59,626 nt of DNA from a virus (Duplodnaviria; Caudoviricetes): positions 1 to 59,626 of IMG/VR virus record IMGVR_UViG_3300017706_002637. One strand, 5' to 3'. Shown piece by piece: positions 18,113 to 27,113 of this stretch; position 1 is the first letter of the stretch; each line of letters opens with the position of its first letter. The notes beneath the pieces are model-generated. The model was given only the letters and a program-made list of their open reading frames with translations, was not told the origin of the DNA and searched no databases. Made by a program: the position numbers and the translations under genes.

Positions 18113-18787
18113 TTAACTTTCCAATAATTTTATTTGATCTTCATAATCTACGGAGTCTAATTTGTTACTTAAGTTATCTAAAAATATTGTGGTATAAGAA
18201 GGATCTATCCCGCCCAGAGTTTCTAGTATTGCAGATTTAAGTATATTGACTTGCTGATTCACAATAGTTATATTTATATTATTGTTTTCAACTCTATGAT
18301 CAGTAAACCCCTCTATGTATTTTTTCCAATCTTGCATAAGGCCTCTCATAGTTCCGATGTACTCTAAAAACATCTTGTCATCTTTAAAAGAACCGCCATT
18401 TTGAAGCATATTGTAGTAATATTCAATTCTAGTCTCGACTAAAGCATCAAGCTCCAGAAGTCTTTTAGTTATATCTAATTCAGTATTTGCAATTTCTTCT
18501 ATTTTTTCCCTATAGGATTTAGACTTCTGAATAAGCTCAGCCTTCTCTACGGCTTCTTCTTTTGACACAATTTCTTGTCTTTTGTTTTTTATATCCTCTA
18601 GAACCTCACCCTTTATGTCAAGCTCTTCTTTTCTAAATTTTTGAAGAGTCATATAGGATATATGACAACTTTTTTTATTAGGATACTTATCCTTAAGCCA
18701 AGATTCGATTTCCCTAGTTGATTCTCCAGAGATAAGCTTATCTACAATTTCTTTTTTATTTGGATGTCTTAATACTTTACTGCTCAT
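18113..18787 (-). CDS. Possible terminase small subunit / HTH DNA-binding protein
   Basis: N-terminal HTH-like SKVLRHPNKKEIVDKLISGESTREIESWL...ISYMTLQKF followed by a coiled coil. The architecture resembles Mu gp27-type TerS. Confidence 0.4.
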   Translation of the reverse strand: MSSKVLRHPNKKEIVDKLISGESTREIESWLKDKYPNKKSCHISYMTLQKFRKEELDIKGEVLEDIKNKRQEIVSKEEAVEKAELIQKSKSYREKIEEIANTELDITKRLLELDALVETRIEYYYNMLQNGGSFKDDKMFLEYIGTMRGLMQDWKKYIEGFTDHRVENNNINITIVNQQVNILKSAILETLGGIDPSYTTIFLDNLSNKLDSVDYEDQIKLLES

Positions 18788-18798
18788 AATAAAATATT

Positions 18799-19209
18799 TT
18801 ACTTAATTAAAGATAAAATCTTATTAGACTGCTTACTAAAACCAAGATCTTTTAGTTTTTTCGCAAGAGAATACAGATTTGTCTGCATAGAAACAGAGTA
18901 AGCTGGATAGTCTACTCCATCTAAAGAGAATCCTTGCTGAAAATTATATTCCTTTTTTGTTATCGGATTATAGAACCCACCCTCTTGACCGGGAATCCTT
19001 CCCGCCTGAACTCCTTCCATTCCAGGAACGTACCTTGTAGACAAAGTGTTTGAAGGATACTCGGGCATAGACTGAGTTGGAGTCTCAGGGTTGTTTTCGC
19101 CATAAAGGCCTGTTTGCTCATTACGAGGTGGTTGCTCAAGATGCTTATTCTTTTTAACCTGCTCTTCGTAAAATCCATCAATGAGGGCTTTTTTCTTTAA
19201 ACCTTTCAT
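18799..19209 (-). CDS. Hypothetical head-module protein with C-terminal helical-hairpin tag
   Basis: GGAGG RBS. Contains LKKKAL, LSTRYVP and C-terminal LYSLAKKLKDLGFSKQSNKI. Confidence 0.7.
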   Translation of the reverse strand: MKGLKKKALIDGFYEEQVKKNKHLEQPPRNEQTGLYGENNPETPTQSMPEYPSNTLSTRYVPGMEGVQAGRIPGQEGGFYNPITKKEYNFQQGFSLDGVDYPAYSVSMQTNLYSLAKKLKDLGFSKQSNKILSLIK

Positions 19210-19219
19210 AGAATCCTCC

Positions 19220-20788
19220 TTATGTTAGCTTTATTTGATACGATGATATTCCGACTGCTTCAGAATTTTTCATATTTTTAAGCTTTTCTTTTCTTCCCTT
19301 TATAATTAAAGATCCATCTTCATCAAAAGAAAGCTTAGACAGCGGAAGTCCAAATTTTGGAGAGTAAGGCTCAAGAGAGGTCTTTACTCTTATCAAATCT
19401 CCTTTATCGAAGGCTTGCTTAATTAATGTCTCGTCACTCTTTGTCTTTGCAAAAGAAGTTATAGAGGATGAGTACATATCGAAGGCTTTCTTGTACATTG
19501 TGCCGTCAAATCTTTCCTGTATTACACCTAAGCAGTCTTCAGCCGTTCCGTAGTCATTTCCGATAACAGAAGAGCTCATAAGATCACACAGCTCATGATA
19601 AGAGGCGGTCTTTAAAGTTCCGATGTCTTTGGAGAAAGAAGAGCTTTTATTTTGCCTATCTGCAAATTTAGAAAGATTGTGTACTGAAAAATCATATTCT
19701 TTCCCCGCATAAGAAAATAAGCTAGGCATGATAGGCTTGTTGTTTGAAAACTCAACAGGAACATCGATTTCTTTTCTACCCTCTGTGGTAGGGATAGAAG
19801 CTCTAAAGATAACACCTTTATCATTCGAAGCAAATGTTTTGATCTGAGGATTTACGATTCCGGAAGATGACAACTCTCCGACGAGAACGCCTTTTGCGAA
19901 TTTTATCTGGTCACTTGAAAATTTAGAGTTTGCAGTTGCTGCAAAATCTTCAAAATGGCTGTACCTCTCTAAACTTTTTGGAACTACAACTTTATCTACC
20001 GACAAGGAGTCTGATGCTCTCATCTGACTATAATAACTTGAGTTATTTTTTTCCGTAGCCTTCTCTCTTATCTTTAAGTCTATCAATAAATTATCTTGAC
20101 TTATCTTTTGAAGAGACCCGGAGTGATCTATAAACCTATCGGGAAATGATGCGTTTACTCCGGAATATTTAACCGGAACATCTACACTTACCTCTCTAAA
20201 GCCATTTGTTGCAAATGTAGCCTTACAAAGAATGAAGTGCTCATTTGAGTGCACAGCTTTAACGTTTTTCGGAGCAAGACTTACAGATTTTAGTTGAGCC
20301 GCCACAAACTTTTCAGCTTTTCTGCCTACATTGCTCCCAAAGGTTGAAAACGATGCAGACTTATTTAAAGAAAAAACATCTTCAAATTCTTTTGACGCTT
20401 TAGATATATCTTCGTTATGACCATGAAGACTCATTAGCTGACCACCCATATCCACTCTAGACGAAGAAGCCCCTCTCTTTTGAGAAGACTCCCTTATAAA
20501 AGTTTGAGGTGTTAAGTCTCCAAGCTCAGACTCAAAATTGGAGCCTCCGGATGCAAATCCATAAAGAGAGTTGTAAACGGAGCCTATTTCTTTTTGAGAG
20601 AAGAAGGTCTTGGATGAGGCTTGCTTCTTAATTACATCCCTCATTGTGTTTATCAGTATATCTTTTGGATTTCTTTCTGAAGCCTGCACAAATCTTTCGA
20701 CAACGTATTTGGTCGGATACTCTTTTCCTTTTTGCAAAAGATCGAGAGCTTTCTTTGAATCTCTAATTAATTTTTTTAAATCCTTCAT
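19220..20788 (-). CDS. Hypothetical virion protein with an internally duplicated domain
   Basis: 522 aa. Two copies of a SN..[FV]I..A...T.G..E..DVPV..S....P..F-like unit. Contains KQAS, KSAS, KTAS and KQAF. Confidence 0.7.
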   Translation of the reverse strand: MKDLKKLIRDSKKALDLLQKGKEYPTKYVVERFVQASERNPKDILINTMRDVIKKQASSKTFFSQKEIGSVYNSLYGFASGGSNFESELGDLTPQTFIRESSQKRGASSSRVDMGGQLMSLHGHNEDISKASKEFEDVFSLNKSASFSTFGSNVGRKAEKFVAAQLKSVSLAPKNVKAVHSNEHFILCKATFATNGFREVSVDVPVKYSGVNASFPDRFIDHSGSLQKISQDNLLIDLKIREKATEKNNSSYYSQMRASDSLSVDKVVVPKSLERYSHFEDFAATANSKFSSDQIKFAKGVLVGELSSSGIVNPQIKTFASNDKGVIFRASIPTTEGRKEIDVPVEFSNNKPIMPSLFSYAGKEYDFSVHNLSKFADRQNKSSSFSKDIGTLKTASYHELCDLMSSSVIGNDYGTAEDCLGVIQERFDGTMYKKAFDMYSSSITSFAKTKSDETLIKQAFDKGDLIRVKTSLEPYSPKFGLPLSKLSFDEDGSLIIKGRKEKLKNMKNSEAVGISSYQIKLT

Positions 20789-20797
20789 TCTTATATC

Positions 20798-21277
20798 CTA
20801 TTTTAAAAACTTAGTCATTTCAGGAAAAGTAGAGCATAAAGCTTCAAGCTTAGACTTAGGCTGATTGCTTAATATATTCTTTATAAAATCACCGTCTTCG
20901 TCTACAGACTCTAATATTGCACTCTTAAATAATCCGATGTCTCCTTCTCCAAATTCAAACTCTTGAGATGAAAATCTGTGAATCGGGATATCTTTATAAC
21001 ATAAAGTTACATTTCTAAAGTCGTAATCGCTTGATGCGGACCAGCCATTATTTCCACTTGCATATGCATATTTTGGATCAGATGATCTTACTAAAGTATC
21101 TTCTCCATTAATGCTGTCAAGCCTCCAGAGTCCGTCATAATGATCTTTAAACATATCAAAGGCTACTTTACGAAACCCTTTTGCTTCTGATAATTTAATC
21201 ATGTTTTTATTTCTTATATCATTCGACTGATCTCTAAGAAGATCAATCAAAGTTTTGTCTAGTTCTGAGTTGCTCAT
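20798..21277 (-). CDS. Hypothetical protein, first gene of the late head operon
   Basis: GAGG RBS, FRKVAFD..LWRL motif, preceded by both promoter motif classes. Confidence 0.7.
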   Translation of the reverse strand: MSNSELDKTLIDLLRDQSNDIRNKNMIKLSEAKGFRKVAFDMFKDHYDGLWRLDSINGEDTLVRSSDPKYAYASGNNGWSASSDYDFRNVTLCYKDIPIHRFSSQEFEFGEGDIGLFKSAILESVDEDGDFIKNILSNQPKSKLEALCSTFPEMTKFLK

Positions 21278-21301
21278 AGGTTACCTCTATTTTCTTCAGC
21301 A

Positions 21302-21360
21302 TTATTAATAGATAATTATCTCATTAAATTTTTAATTTATGATACACACTTTATACTTAA
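21302..21360 (-). promoter_or_regulatory. Tandem promoter motifs: TTAAGTATAA (21351-21360) and TATTAATAA (21302-21310)
   Basis: Both recurrent motifs lie in the intergenic gap at the replication/structural boundary. Confidence 0.5.
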
Positions 21361-21365
21361 AATAA

Positions 21366-21845
21366 TTAGTAATAGTATCCGGGAAAAAGATCCTCATCAT
21401 CTTCCCTATCCCTATCTCTGAACTCTTGCATTTTTCTCAGAATTTCCTGAATTCTTTCGTTATTCTTGGATAACTTCTGAATCTTCTTGATTATCCCACC
21501 ATATCTTTTTTTGTTGTTTCTGTAGTCTATGTTTCCATGTATAGCCTTATGGACTGCTGACTGAGTTATGCCAAGATGTTCCGCTATTTGATTTTGGGTT
21601 TGACCCTCTAACCTCATAAAGATAATCTTCTTCTGATGCTCAGTTAGCTGCTCAGAGAAGATTATCTTATATAATTCATCCACCAATTGTCTTTTGAGCT
21701 CAACCATTTCTTCAGAGGGGCCGCTGTTTTCTAGTATGTGCCCAATTCCACGATCTGAAGAAAAGTTATTTAGATTGGTTTGGTCAAAGGGTACCTCTAC
21801 TATTTTGTACTGGTAGCTTTTACTCTTTTTTTTTCTTTTAGCCAT
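21366..21845 (-). CDS. Sigma-70 region 4 / LuxR-type HTH protein (no region 2)
   Basis: QLTEHQKKIIFMRLEGQTQNQIAEHLGITQSAVHK. GGAG RBS. Confidence 0.75.
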   Translation of the reverse strand: MAKRKKKSKSYQYKIVEVPFDQTNLNNFSSDRGIGHILENSGPSEEMVELKRQLVDELYKIIFSEQLTEHQKKIIFMRLEGQTQNQIAEHLGITQSAVHKAIHGNIDYRNNKKRYGGIIKKIQKLSKNNERIQEILRKMQEFRDRDREDDEDLFPGYYY

Positions 21846-21853
21846 TAATTCTC

Positions 21854-22621
21854 CTAAAATAAGCTTATCATTTTAAAGTCTTTCTTAAACGAACTTAAAC
21901 TTTTTACTTTAAAATACTCGTCAACATCTTTTATATCCGGCTCAGAACATTTTAAAAACTTAAGATCTAATCCATATTTCATAAATTTATTGTAAATAGA
22001 TATAGATGATCTATGCCCAGCGTCATCATTATCTAGGACAAAATAAATTCTATCACAAAATCTTCTTAATTTCATATAGTGACCTTTTGAAAACGCAGTT
22101 CCACATATTGCAACTGAATTTTTAATATTATTTTTGTACATTGCAATCTGGTCAAAATATCCCTCTACGACAAAAGCGCACCCTTTTTCGGATATGCTAT
22201 CAATTGAGCCATTTAGACCGTACAATACATTTGATTTTTTATAACTACTGTTTTTATACTTTGGAATGCCCAAATTTGAAATAGTATCTGGGTCAAGTGT
22301 AGCCCTACCCGATATTCCAATTGCATCTCCATACTCATTGAAAATTGGAAAGATAATGCTATGATACTCTGCAAAATCAGAAGTTCCATTGGTTCTAACT
22401 ATATTTTTTGACTTTAGTAGATCGAAGTTTACAAAATCTGACAACTTGTTGAGATTTTGAGGAAAGTACCCAAGTTTATATTTTTTAACAAGATACGAGT
22501 CGAGACCTCTTTCGTTGAGATATTTCATTGACTCAGAAGAGTTAAGCAGATTTGAGTGACAAATGTCAATCAATCTGCCCAATTCTTCGCTCTCATATTC
22601 AGCTCTTTTCTGATTCTCCAT
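21854..22621 (-). CDS. dnaG: DnaG-type primase catalytic core (TOPRIM) lacking the CHC2 zinc-binding domain
   Basis: YLNERG, LGYFP, IIFPI, GISGR, PKYKNS, LYGL, VVEGYFD, LDNDDAG and KDVDE. Probable start is MENQ at 22621. Confidence 0.85.
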   Translation of the reverse strand: MENQKRAEYESEELGRLIDICHSNLLNSSESMKYLNERGLDSYLVKKYKLGYFPQNLNKLSDFVNFDLLKSKNIVRTNGTSDFAEYHSIIFPIFNEYGDAIGISGRATLDPDTISNLGIPKYKNSSYKKSNVLYGLNGSIDSISEKGCAFVVEGYFDQIAMYKNNIKNSVAICGTAFSKGHYMKLRRFCDRIYFVLDNDDAGHRSSISIYNKFMKYGLDLKFLKCSEPDIKDVDEYFKVKSLSSFKKDFKMISLF

Positions 22622-22973
22622 CTTTGCCTTCCTCATCTTTATCGGGTTTCGATGAAGCTGCGATTGCATGCTTCATAGCTGATGTTATTTTAAACATGCA
22701 TTTGCCTTTTGTCTGACAATTCTTTCCTACCGATTTATGATTTTCAACCTCTACCTCACATCTTTTGTCGCAATAAGAGCATTCAAAGGTAAAAGCCCTC
22801 CTTTTTTCTTTTATCACGTCACCCGTATTCTTCATAGATATTTTTGTAAATTTTGATATCCCTGGAAGCTTATCTCCGCATACATTACAGACTACCTCAT
22901 TGGAGCTTAAGTCCAACGAGGCATCTGTGGTTCCGCCATTTTTTTTGCATCCAACATTACAACTAACCAACAT
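22599..22973 (-). CDS. Cys-rich zinc-finger protein
   Basis: CNVGC, CNVC, CSYC and C....KC. Translationally coupled to recA and the primase core. Confidence 0.7.
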   Translation of the reverse strand: MLVSCNVGCKKNGGTTDASLDLSSNEVVCNVCGDKLPGISKFTKISMKNTGDVIKEKRRAFTFECSYCDKRCEVEVENHKSVGKNCQTKGKCMFKITSAMKHAIAASSKPDKDEEGKDGESEKS

Positions 22974-24105
22974 CTATCTCTCCTAGTAATGGGTTTTCCA
23001 TTTCAAAGTCCTCGTCGTCTTCCTTCAACAAAGAAACTTTTTCTTTATCAAGGTAATGAGTTCTAATTACCTCTTCTATTTTTTCAAGGCCAAATTCATC
23101 CAAGCCTTTGGTGCATGCAGCCCTTCCTCTGAATTTGTCACCCATAAACTCATAAGTTACATTGTTTGGCCTTTCCACTATATTATACTTTACTGCCAAA
23201 TCAACTAGCTCTTCTGATGTCTTTACCATGCCTTTTGTATACTGAATTGAGTATTCAGTTTTCCCGAATGGCTTCCCTACTTTATTTTTTCTAACAGTAG
23301 CCCTGACTTTGTGACCAATCGTTATACCGCCATCATCTTGCTCCAGAGATCCTCCCACTGGAGCCATCTCAATCATGACTGAGCATGCGTGCTTTAGAGC
23401 TCTACCGCCCGGAGAGGATGTAGACGGCCCGTACATAACACCTATGGTTTCTCTAAGTTGATTTATGCCAATAAACGCAACATTCGCCTCTGCCAAAATT
23501 GGAGTTAGCTTTTTTAATTCTACAGTTAAAAATCTTGCAAGACTCGCAATGTTCATTTTTCCCGCCTCAGATTCTTCTTCCTGAGGAGTGCTTAGCGCAG
23601 CAACAGAGTCCAAAACTATTAAGCCAAGATTTTTAAATTTCGGGTCCAATCCTTCTTTTACGAAGTCTAAAATTCCTTTAGATTTCTTCTTTCCAACTCT
23701 AGAGTTTGGATTAGGTATTCCTATTAATCCATCAAATACCTTTTTCGCCTCATTTGTTTTAATTACCATCACCCTGCTTGTGTCAACACCCAAACTAGAG
23801 GCCCAATCTGGATCAAAGGTATACTCGGCATCAATAAACAAAGCTGTGTTTTCTGGATTTTCATTTAGGTAATTTTTAATGCAAGATAAAGCAAGCATTG
23901 TCTTTCCAGAGGATTCTTTTCCTGCTAGCTGAATAATTCTACCCCTTGGAAGTCCACCTATTCCAAGGCATTCATCTAGGGATGGTGACCCTGTTTTGAT
24001 ATGGTCTACTTTGACCATATTTATATCTTCTCCGGTAAAGAAGACTGAATCTTCTCCAAATAACTTGGTAATCTCTTTTTCTGCTTCACTTTTCGTCTTT
24101 CTCAT
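22963..24105 (-). CDS. recA: RecA/UvsX recombinase
   Basis: TGSPSLD..LGIGGLPRGRI, Walker A GKESSGKT, FIDAE, LDSVAAL, INQLR, PGGRALK and KNKV. Start MRKTK at 24105 has an AAGGAG RBS. Confidence 0.95.
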   Translation of the reverse strand: MRKTKSEAEKEITKLFGEDSVFFTGEDINMVKVDHIKTGSPSLDECLGIGGLPRGRIIQLAGKESSGKTMLALSCIKNYLNENPENTALFIDAEYTFDPDWASSLGVDTSRVMVIKTNEAKKVFDGLIGIPNPNSRVGKKKSKGILDFVKEGLDPKFKNLGLIVLDSVAALSTPQEEESEAGKMNIASLARFLTVELKKLTPILAEANVAFIGINQLRETIGVMYGPSTSSPGGRALKHACSVMIEMAPVGGSLEQDDGGITIGHKVRATVRKNKVGKPFGKTEYSIQYTKGMVKTSEELVDLAVKYNIVERPNNVTYEFMGDKFRGRAACTKGLDEFGLEKIEEVIRTHYLDKEKVSLLKEDDEDFEMENPLLGEIDVG

Positions 24106-24139
24106 TATCTCTCCTTTTAGTATATAATTCAATATCTTT

Positions 24140-25789
24140 TTAGTATTTGTGATTCAGAGCTCTATCCTCTGGAGGCCTCCAACCTGCTGGCGGCTGCCAT
24201 CCAGTTGGCTTTTCTGGATCTTCAGACACAATTGCATCTGTGTTAATTAAAAGAAGTGAAATTGAAGATGCGTTTGATATAGCAGTTTTTGTAACCTTAG
24301 CAGGATCAATAACTCCCATTTCTACCATGTCTCCAAAGACTTCCTCTGCTACATTATAACCATAAGTCAGAGATTTAGACTCTTTTATTTTTGAGATAAT
24401 TTCATCTGGATCAAATCCTGAGTTTATAATAATCTGTCTAATTGGTCTTTCGCACGCGTGAGCAAACGCACACACGCCAGCCCTATACTTTTCATCGACA
24501 GAGTCTAAGTCTATCATTTCTGCAGCCCTAAGCAGTGCAACTCCCCCGCCAGGCAAGAAGCCCTGCTCTAAGGCCGCTTTGGTTGCGCTTATTGCGTCAT
24601 CAACCCTGTCGCTCTTTTCTCTCAACTCAAGCTCTGTTGAGTACCCCACAGTTATTACGGAGGCCTTTGAGTTTAAAAATCTAATTTTTTCCTCTACGTT
24701 TTTTCTAGCAGATTCGCTCAAAAGCTTTTTAAGGTCATGATTATAAATAAGCATCTTGGACTCTCTAGCCTGAACCTCAAACTTCGGCTCAACTAACTTT
24801 GTGCTATATTTATCTACATAAACCTTTTTGGCAAAACCAAGACAGCTAAGGTCTGCTGATGACATGGAAACTCCCTTTTCCTCATCAATTATTTTCGCAC
24901 CAGTCATTATTGATAAATTTTCAAGCTCGTCATCTCCCCTAAATATGCTTGGAATCTCTACGCAGGCAACTTTTATTTTCCCAATTCTATTGTTTTCGTA
25001 CAAAGAAACCAAGGCTTCTGACTGAATAGATTTGGCAATAATTAAGACAGGAATGTTGCTCTCATGAATTTTTGTAAATAAATTTACGCAATCATCAAAA
25101 TGAGTCATATCTCTTCCGACCAAAAGAATTCTGCAGCTGTCGAAGGAAATAGAGGTTTGTCCGCTCTTTGTGAAAAATTTAGAAACCAGACCTTTATTTG
25201 AGTTAGGAAATTCTATACCTTGTGACTTAGTAACATAGTTTTCTACCCCAGGTTTCGCTTCAGCTACAACAGTTCCGCTTAATCCAGAGTATGAAAAAGC
25301 TTCCGATATTACAGAGCCCAGCTCTGAGTCATTATTTGCAGAAATAGATGCTATGTCTAGAAGTTCCTGATCTGTAGTTACATCTCTTGTCATTGAGTCT
25401 AGATTTGAGTTAATAAGCTCAATACCTATATCAACCGCTTTTCTGTAATTCAAAGGACTGTAGCCATTTGAAATAAGATCTTTTCCTCTCAGTAGAAGCT
25501 CTTCTGTTAGAACTGTGGCGGTAGTTGTTCCATCTCCGACAATATCGACAGTTCTTCCCGCACTTTCTTTTATTAATTGAGCAACTAAGTTTTCTATTGG
25601 ATCAGACAGAACAACTTCTCTTGCGACAGAGACGCCATCCTTAGTTATAACTGGAGCTCCAATAAACTTTCCTAGAATTACATTTTTTCCTCTAGGACCC
25701 ATAGTAACTGAGACGGTTTTTGCAATTTTTCTAGCACCACTTAAAATTTTATCTTTAGCTTCATCATCGTATACGATTATTTTTCCCAT
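24140..25789 (-). CDS. groEL: GroEL-like chaperonin
   Basis: TMGPRGKNV, ITKDGVSVA, GDGTTTATVL, DRVDDAI, PGGGVAL and GVIDPAKV. Confidence 0.95.
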   Translation of the reverse strand: MGKIIVYDDEAKDKILSGARKIAKTVSVTMGPRGKNVILGKFIGAPVITKDGVSVAREVVLSDPIENLVAQLIKESAGRTVDIVGDGTTTATVLTEELLLRGKDLISNGYSPLNYRKAVDIGIELINSNLDSMTRDVTTDQELLDIASISANNDSELGSVISEAFSYSGLSGTVVAEAKPGVENYVTKSQGIEFPNSNKGLVSKFFTKSGQTSISFDSCRILLVGRDMTHFDDCVNLFTKIHESNIPVLIIAKSIQSEALVSLYENNRIGKIKVACVEIPSIFRGDDELENLSIMTGAKIIDEEKGVSMSSADLSCLGFAKKVYVDKYSTKLVEPKFEVQARESKMLIYNHDLKKLLSESARKNVEEKIRFLNSKASVITVGYSTELELREKSDRVDDAISATKAALEQGFLPGGGVALLRAAEMIDLDSVDEKYRAGVCAFAHACERPIRQIIINSGFDPDEIISKIKESKSLTYGYNVAEEVFGDMVEMGVIDPAKVTKTAISNASSISLLLINTDAIVSEDPEKPTGWQPPAGWRPPEDRALNHKY

Positions 25790-26328
25790 TATATATCTCC
25801 ATTTAAATATTTATAGCAAAAGCATATGCCAACCGCAAAGGAGTCGACTACGTCATAGCACTCCTTCCTTATGTTGTTGTTTCTATTATATTCAATTTCA
25901 TAATTTTCGAATTTATTTTTTAATAAATCGAAAGCTTCATCCTTGCTGACGATTTTGGTCTCATAAAATTTGCCAACGCAAGACCTTATGGTTACAACCG
26001 GAAACCTTATAGAGAACTTTCCTGTAAGCCTATATATGGATAGGTTCACAACTTCGTTGAATACCGACAAAACCCTTATCGTATTCGCTGTACTTTTGCC
26101 TTTTGAAAATTTATTGGCATAAGACTCCACACAATAATAATCACTTTTATTGTTTTCGCATATGCTTTTTATTTTGCTCTCAACATCTACTAGCCTTTCT
26201 TCTATATTCTTAGACTTCTTAGGCTTGAAGTACCCATAGCTTAGTAGAGTGATTGTTTCGTCTGATAATTTTATTTTAGACCACCCTATTACGGATGATG
26301 ATATGTCAAAGGATAATATTGTTTTCAT
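25789..26328 (-). CDS. RuvC-like Holliday junction resolvase
   Basis: ILSFDISSSVIGWS (strand 1 Asp), CVES (Glu) and YDVVDSFAVG (C-terminal Asp pair). Confidence 0.75.
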   Translation of the reverse strand: MKTILSFDISSSVIGWSKIKLSDETITLLSYGYFKPKKSKNIEERLVDVESKIKSICENNKSDYYCVESYANKFSKGKSTANTIRVLSVFNEVVNLSIYRLTGKFSIRFPVVTIRSCVGKFYETKIVSKDEAFDLLKNKFENYEIEYNRNNNIRKECYDVVDSFAVGICFCYKYLNGDI

Positions 26329-26335
26329 ACCTATT

Positions 26336-26345
26336 ATTATACTTA
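26336..26345 (-). promoter_or_regulatory. TAAGTATAAT promoter motif for the ruvC-groEL-recA-primase operon
   Basis: Perfect TATAAT with the recurrent AAG prefix, downstream of a terminator. Confidence 0.5.
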
Positions 26346-26381
26346 TAATAAAATTTTATCTGGTAATAATAGTAGAAAAAC

Positions 26382-26413
26382 AAAAAAAAAGACCGATGAA
26401 AATCATCGGTCTT
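26382..26413 (-). terminator. Rho-independent terminator after ssb
   Basis: AAGACCGATGA/TCATCGGTCTT stem followed by a U-tract on the minus strand. Confidence 0.9.
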
Positions 26414-26436
26414 AGTTAAGTTAATTAACTTATGGC

Positions 26437-27057
26437 TTAAAAGTCATCGAAATCAAAGTCATCATCAGTGAAGCTGTCAGCTGATGCTTCTTTCTGATTA
26501 AATTGAGTTGAATCCCAACCAAGCAGTTCGCATACTTTTGCTGCTTCAGCAGGCTTTGTCATTTTAGACACATCAACTCTAGAACTGAATTCGACGAACC
26601 TACCCTTTAGACTAGGATCAATCTTTTCCTTTGGGTTTGGCTGAACAGAGTAAAGGGGCTGACTTCCCTTTGGCCCTCTCATGATAGAGATATCGTAATC
26701 TGTAACCTTACCCCATTTTGTATTATTATAGAGTGATCTAATTCCGTTATAAATCTGAGATCCAACTTCGAGGATTTTAAAGGTATCTGTTTTTCTATCC
26801 AGAACTTTTACCATCCAAGTTGCCTTTCTTTTAAATCCTGCATCTTCAAGTCTTGATACAAGTGCCATGCTATCAATAGGTGAAACGATTTTTCTTTTAG
26901 ATCCATCGGTTGTTACAATCCAATGTACATAATACTGCACTGGATTACCCATAACTCTTACAACGTTTTCGCCTTCTTCGAGTCTCATATAGTCGTTTTT
27001 GGGAGCGCCTGTGTCTCCGCTATTCCAATCGACTTCGCCAAATACTATTTTGCTCAT
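26437..27057 (-). CDS. Single-stranded DNA-binding protein (T4 gp32-like)
   Basis: YMRLEEGENVVRVM, FKILEVGSQIY, YDISIMRG..G....YSV and an acidic-aromatic tail DDDFDFDDF. Confidence 0.75.
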   Translation of the reverse strand: MSKIVFGEVDWNSGDTGAPKNDYMRLEEGENVVRVMGNPVQYYVHWIVTTDGSKRKIVSPIDSMALVSRLEDAGFKRKATWMVKVLDRKTDTFKILEVGSQIYNGIRSLYNNTKWGKVTDYDISIMRGPKGSQPLYSVQPNPKEKIDPSLKGRFVEFSSRVDVSKMTKPAEAAKVCELLGWDSTQFNQKEASADSFTDDDFDFDDF

Positions 27058-27113
27058 ATTTTTTCCTTTGTTATTATTTGTTTTAGTTATTGTATTGTTA
27101 ATTGTTAATTAAT

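Noticed and set aside
6113-26431. Short AT-rich palindromes (6113-6129, 21323-21336, 26348-26359, 26418-26431) as operators
   Set aside because: Expected by chance at this AT content, with no shared specific core.
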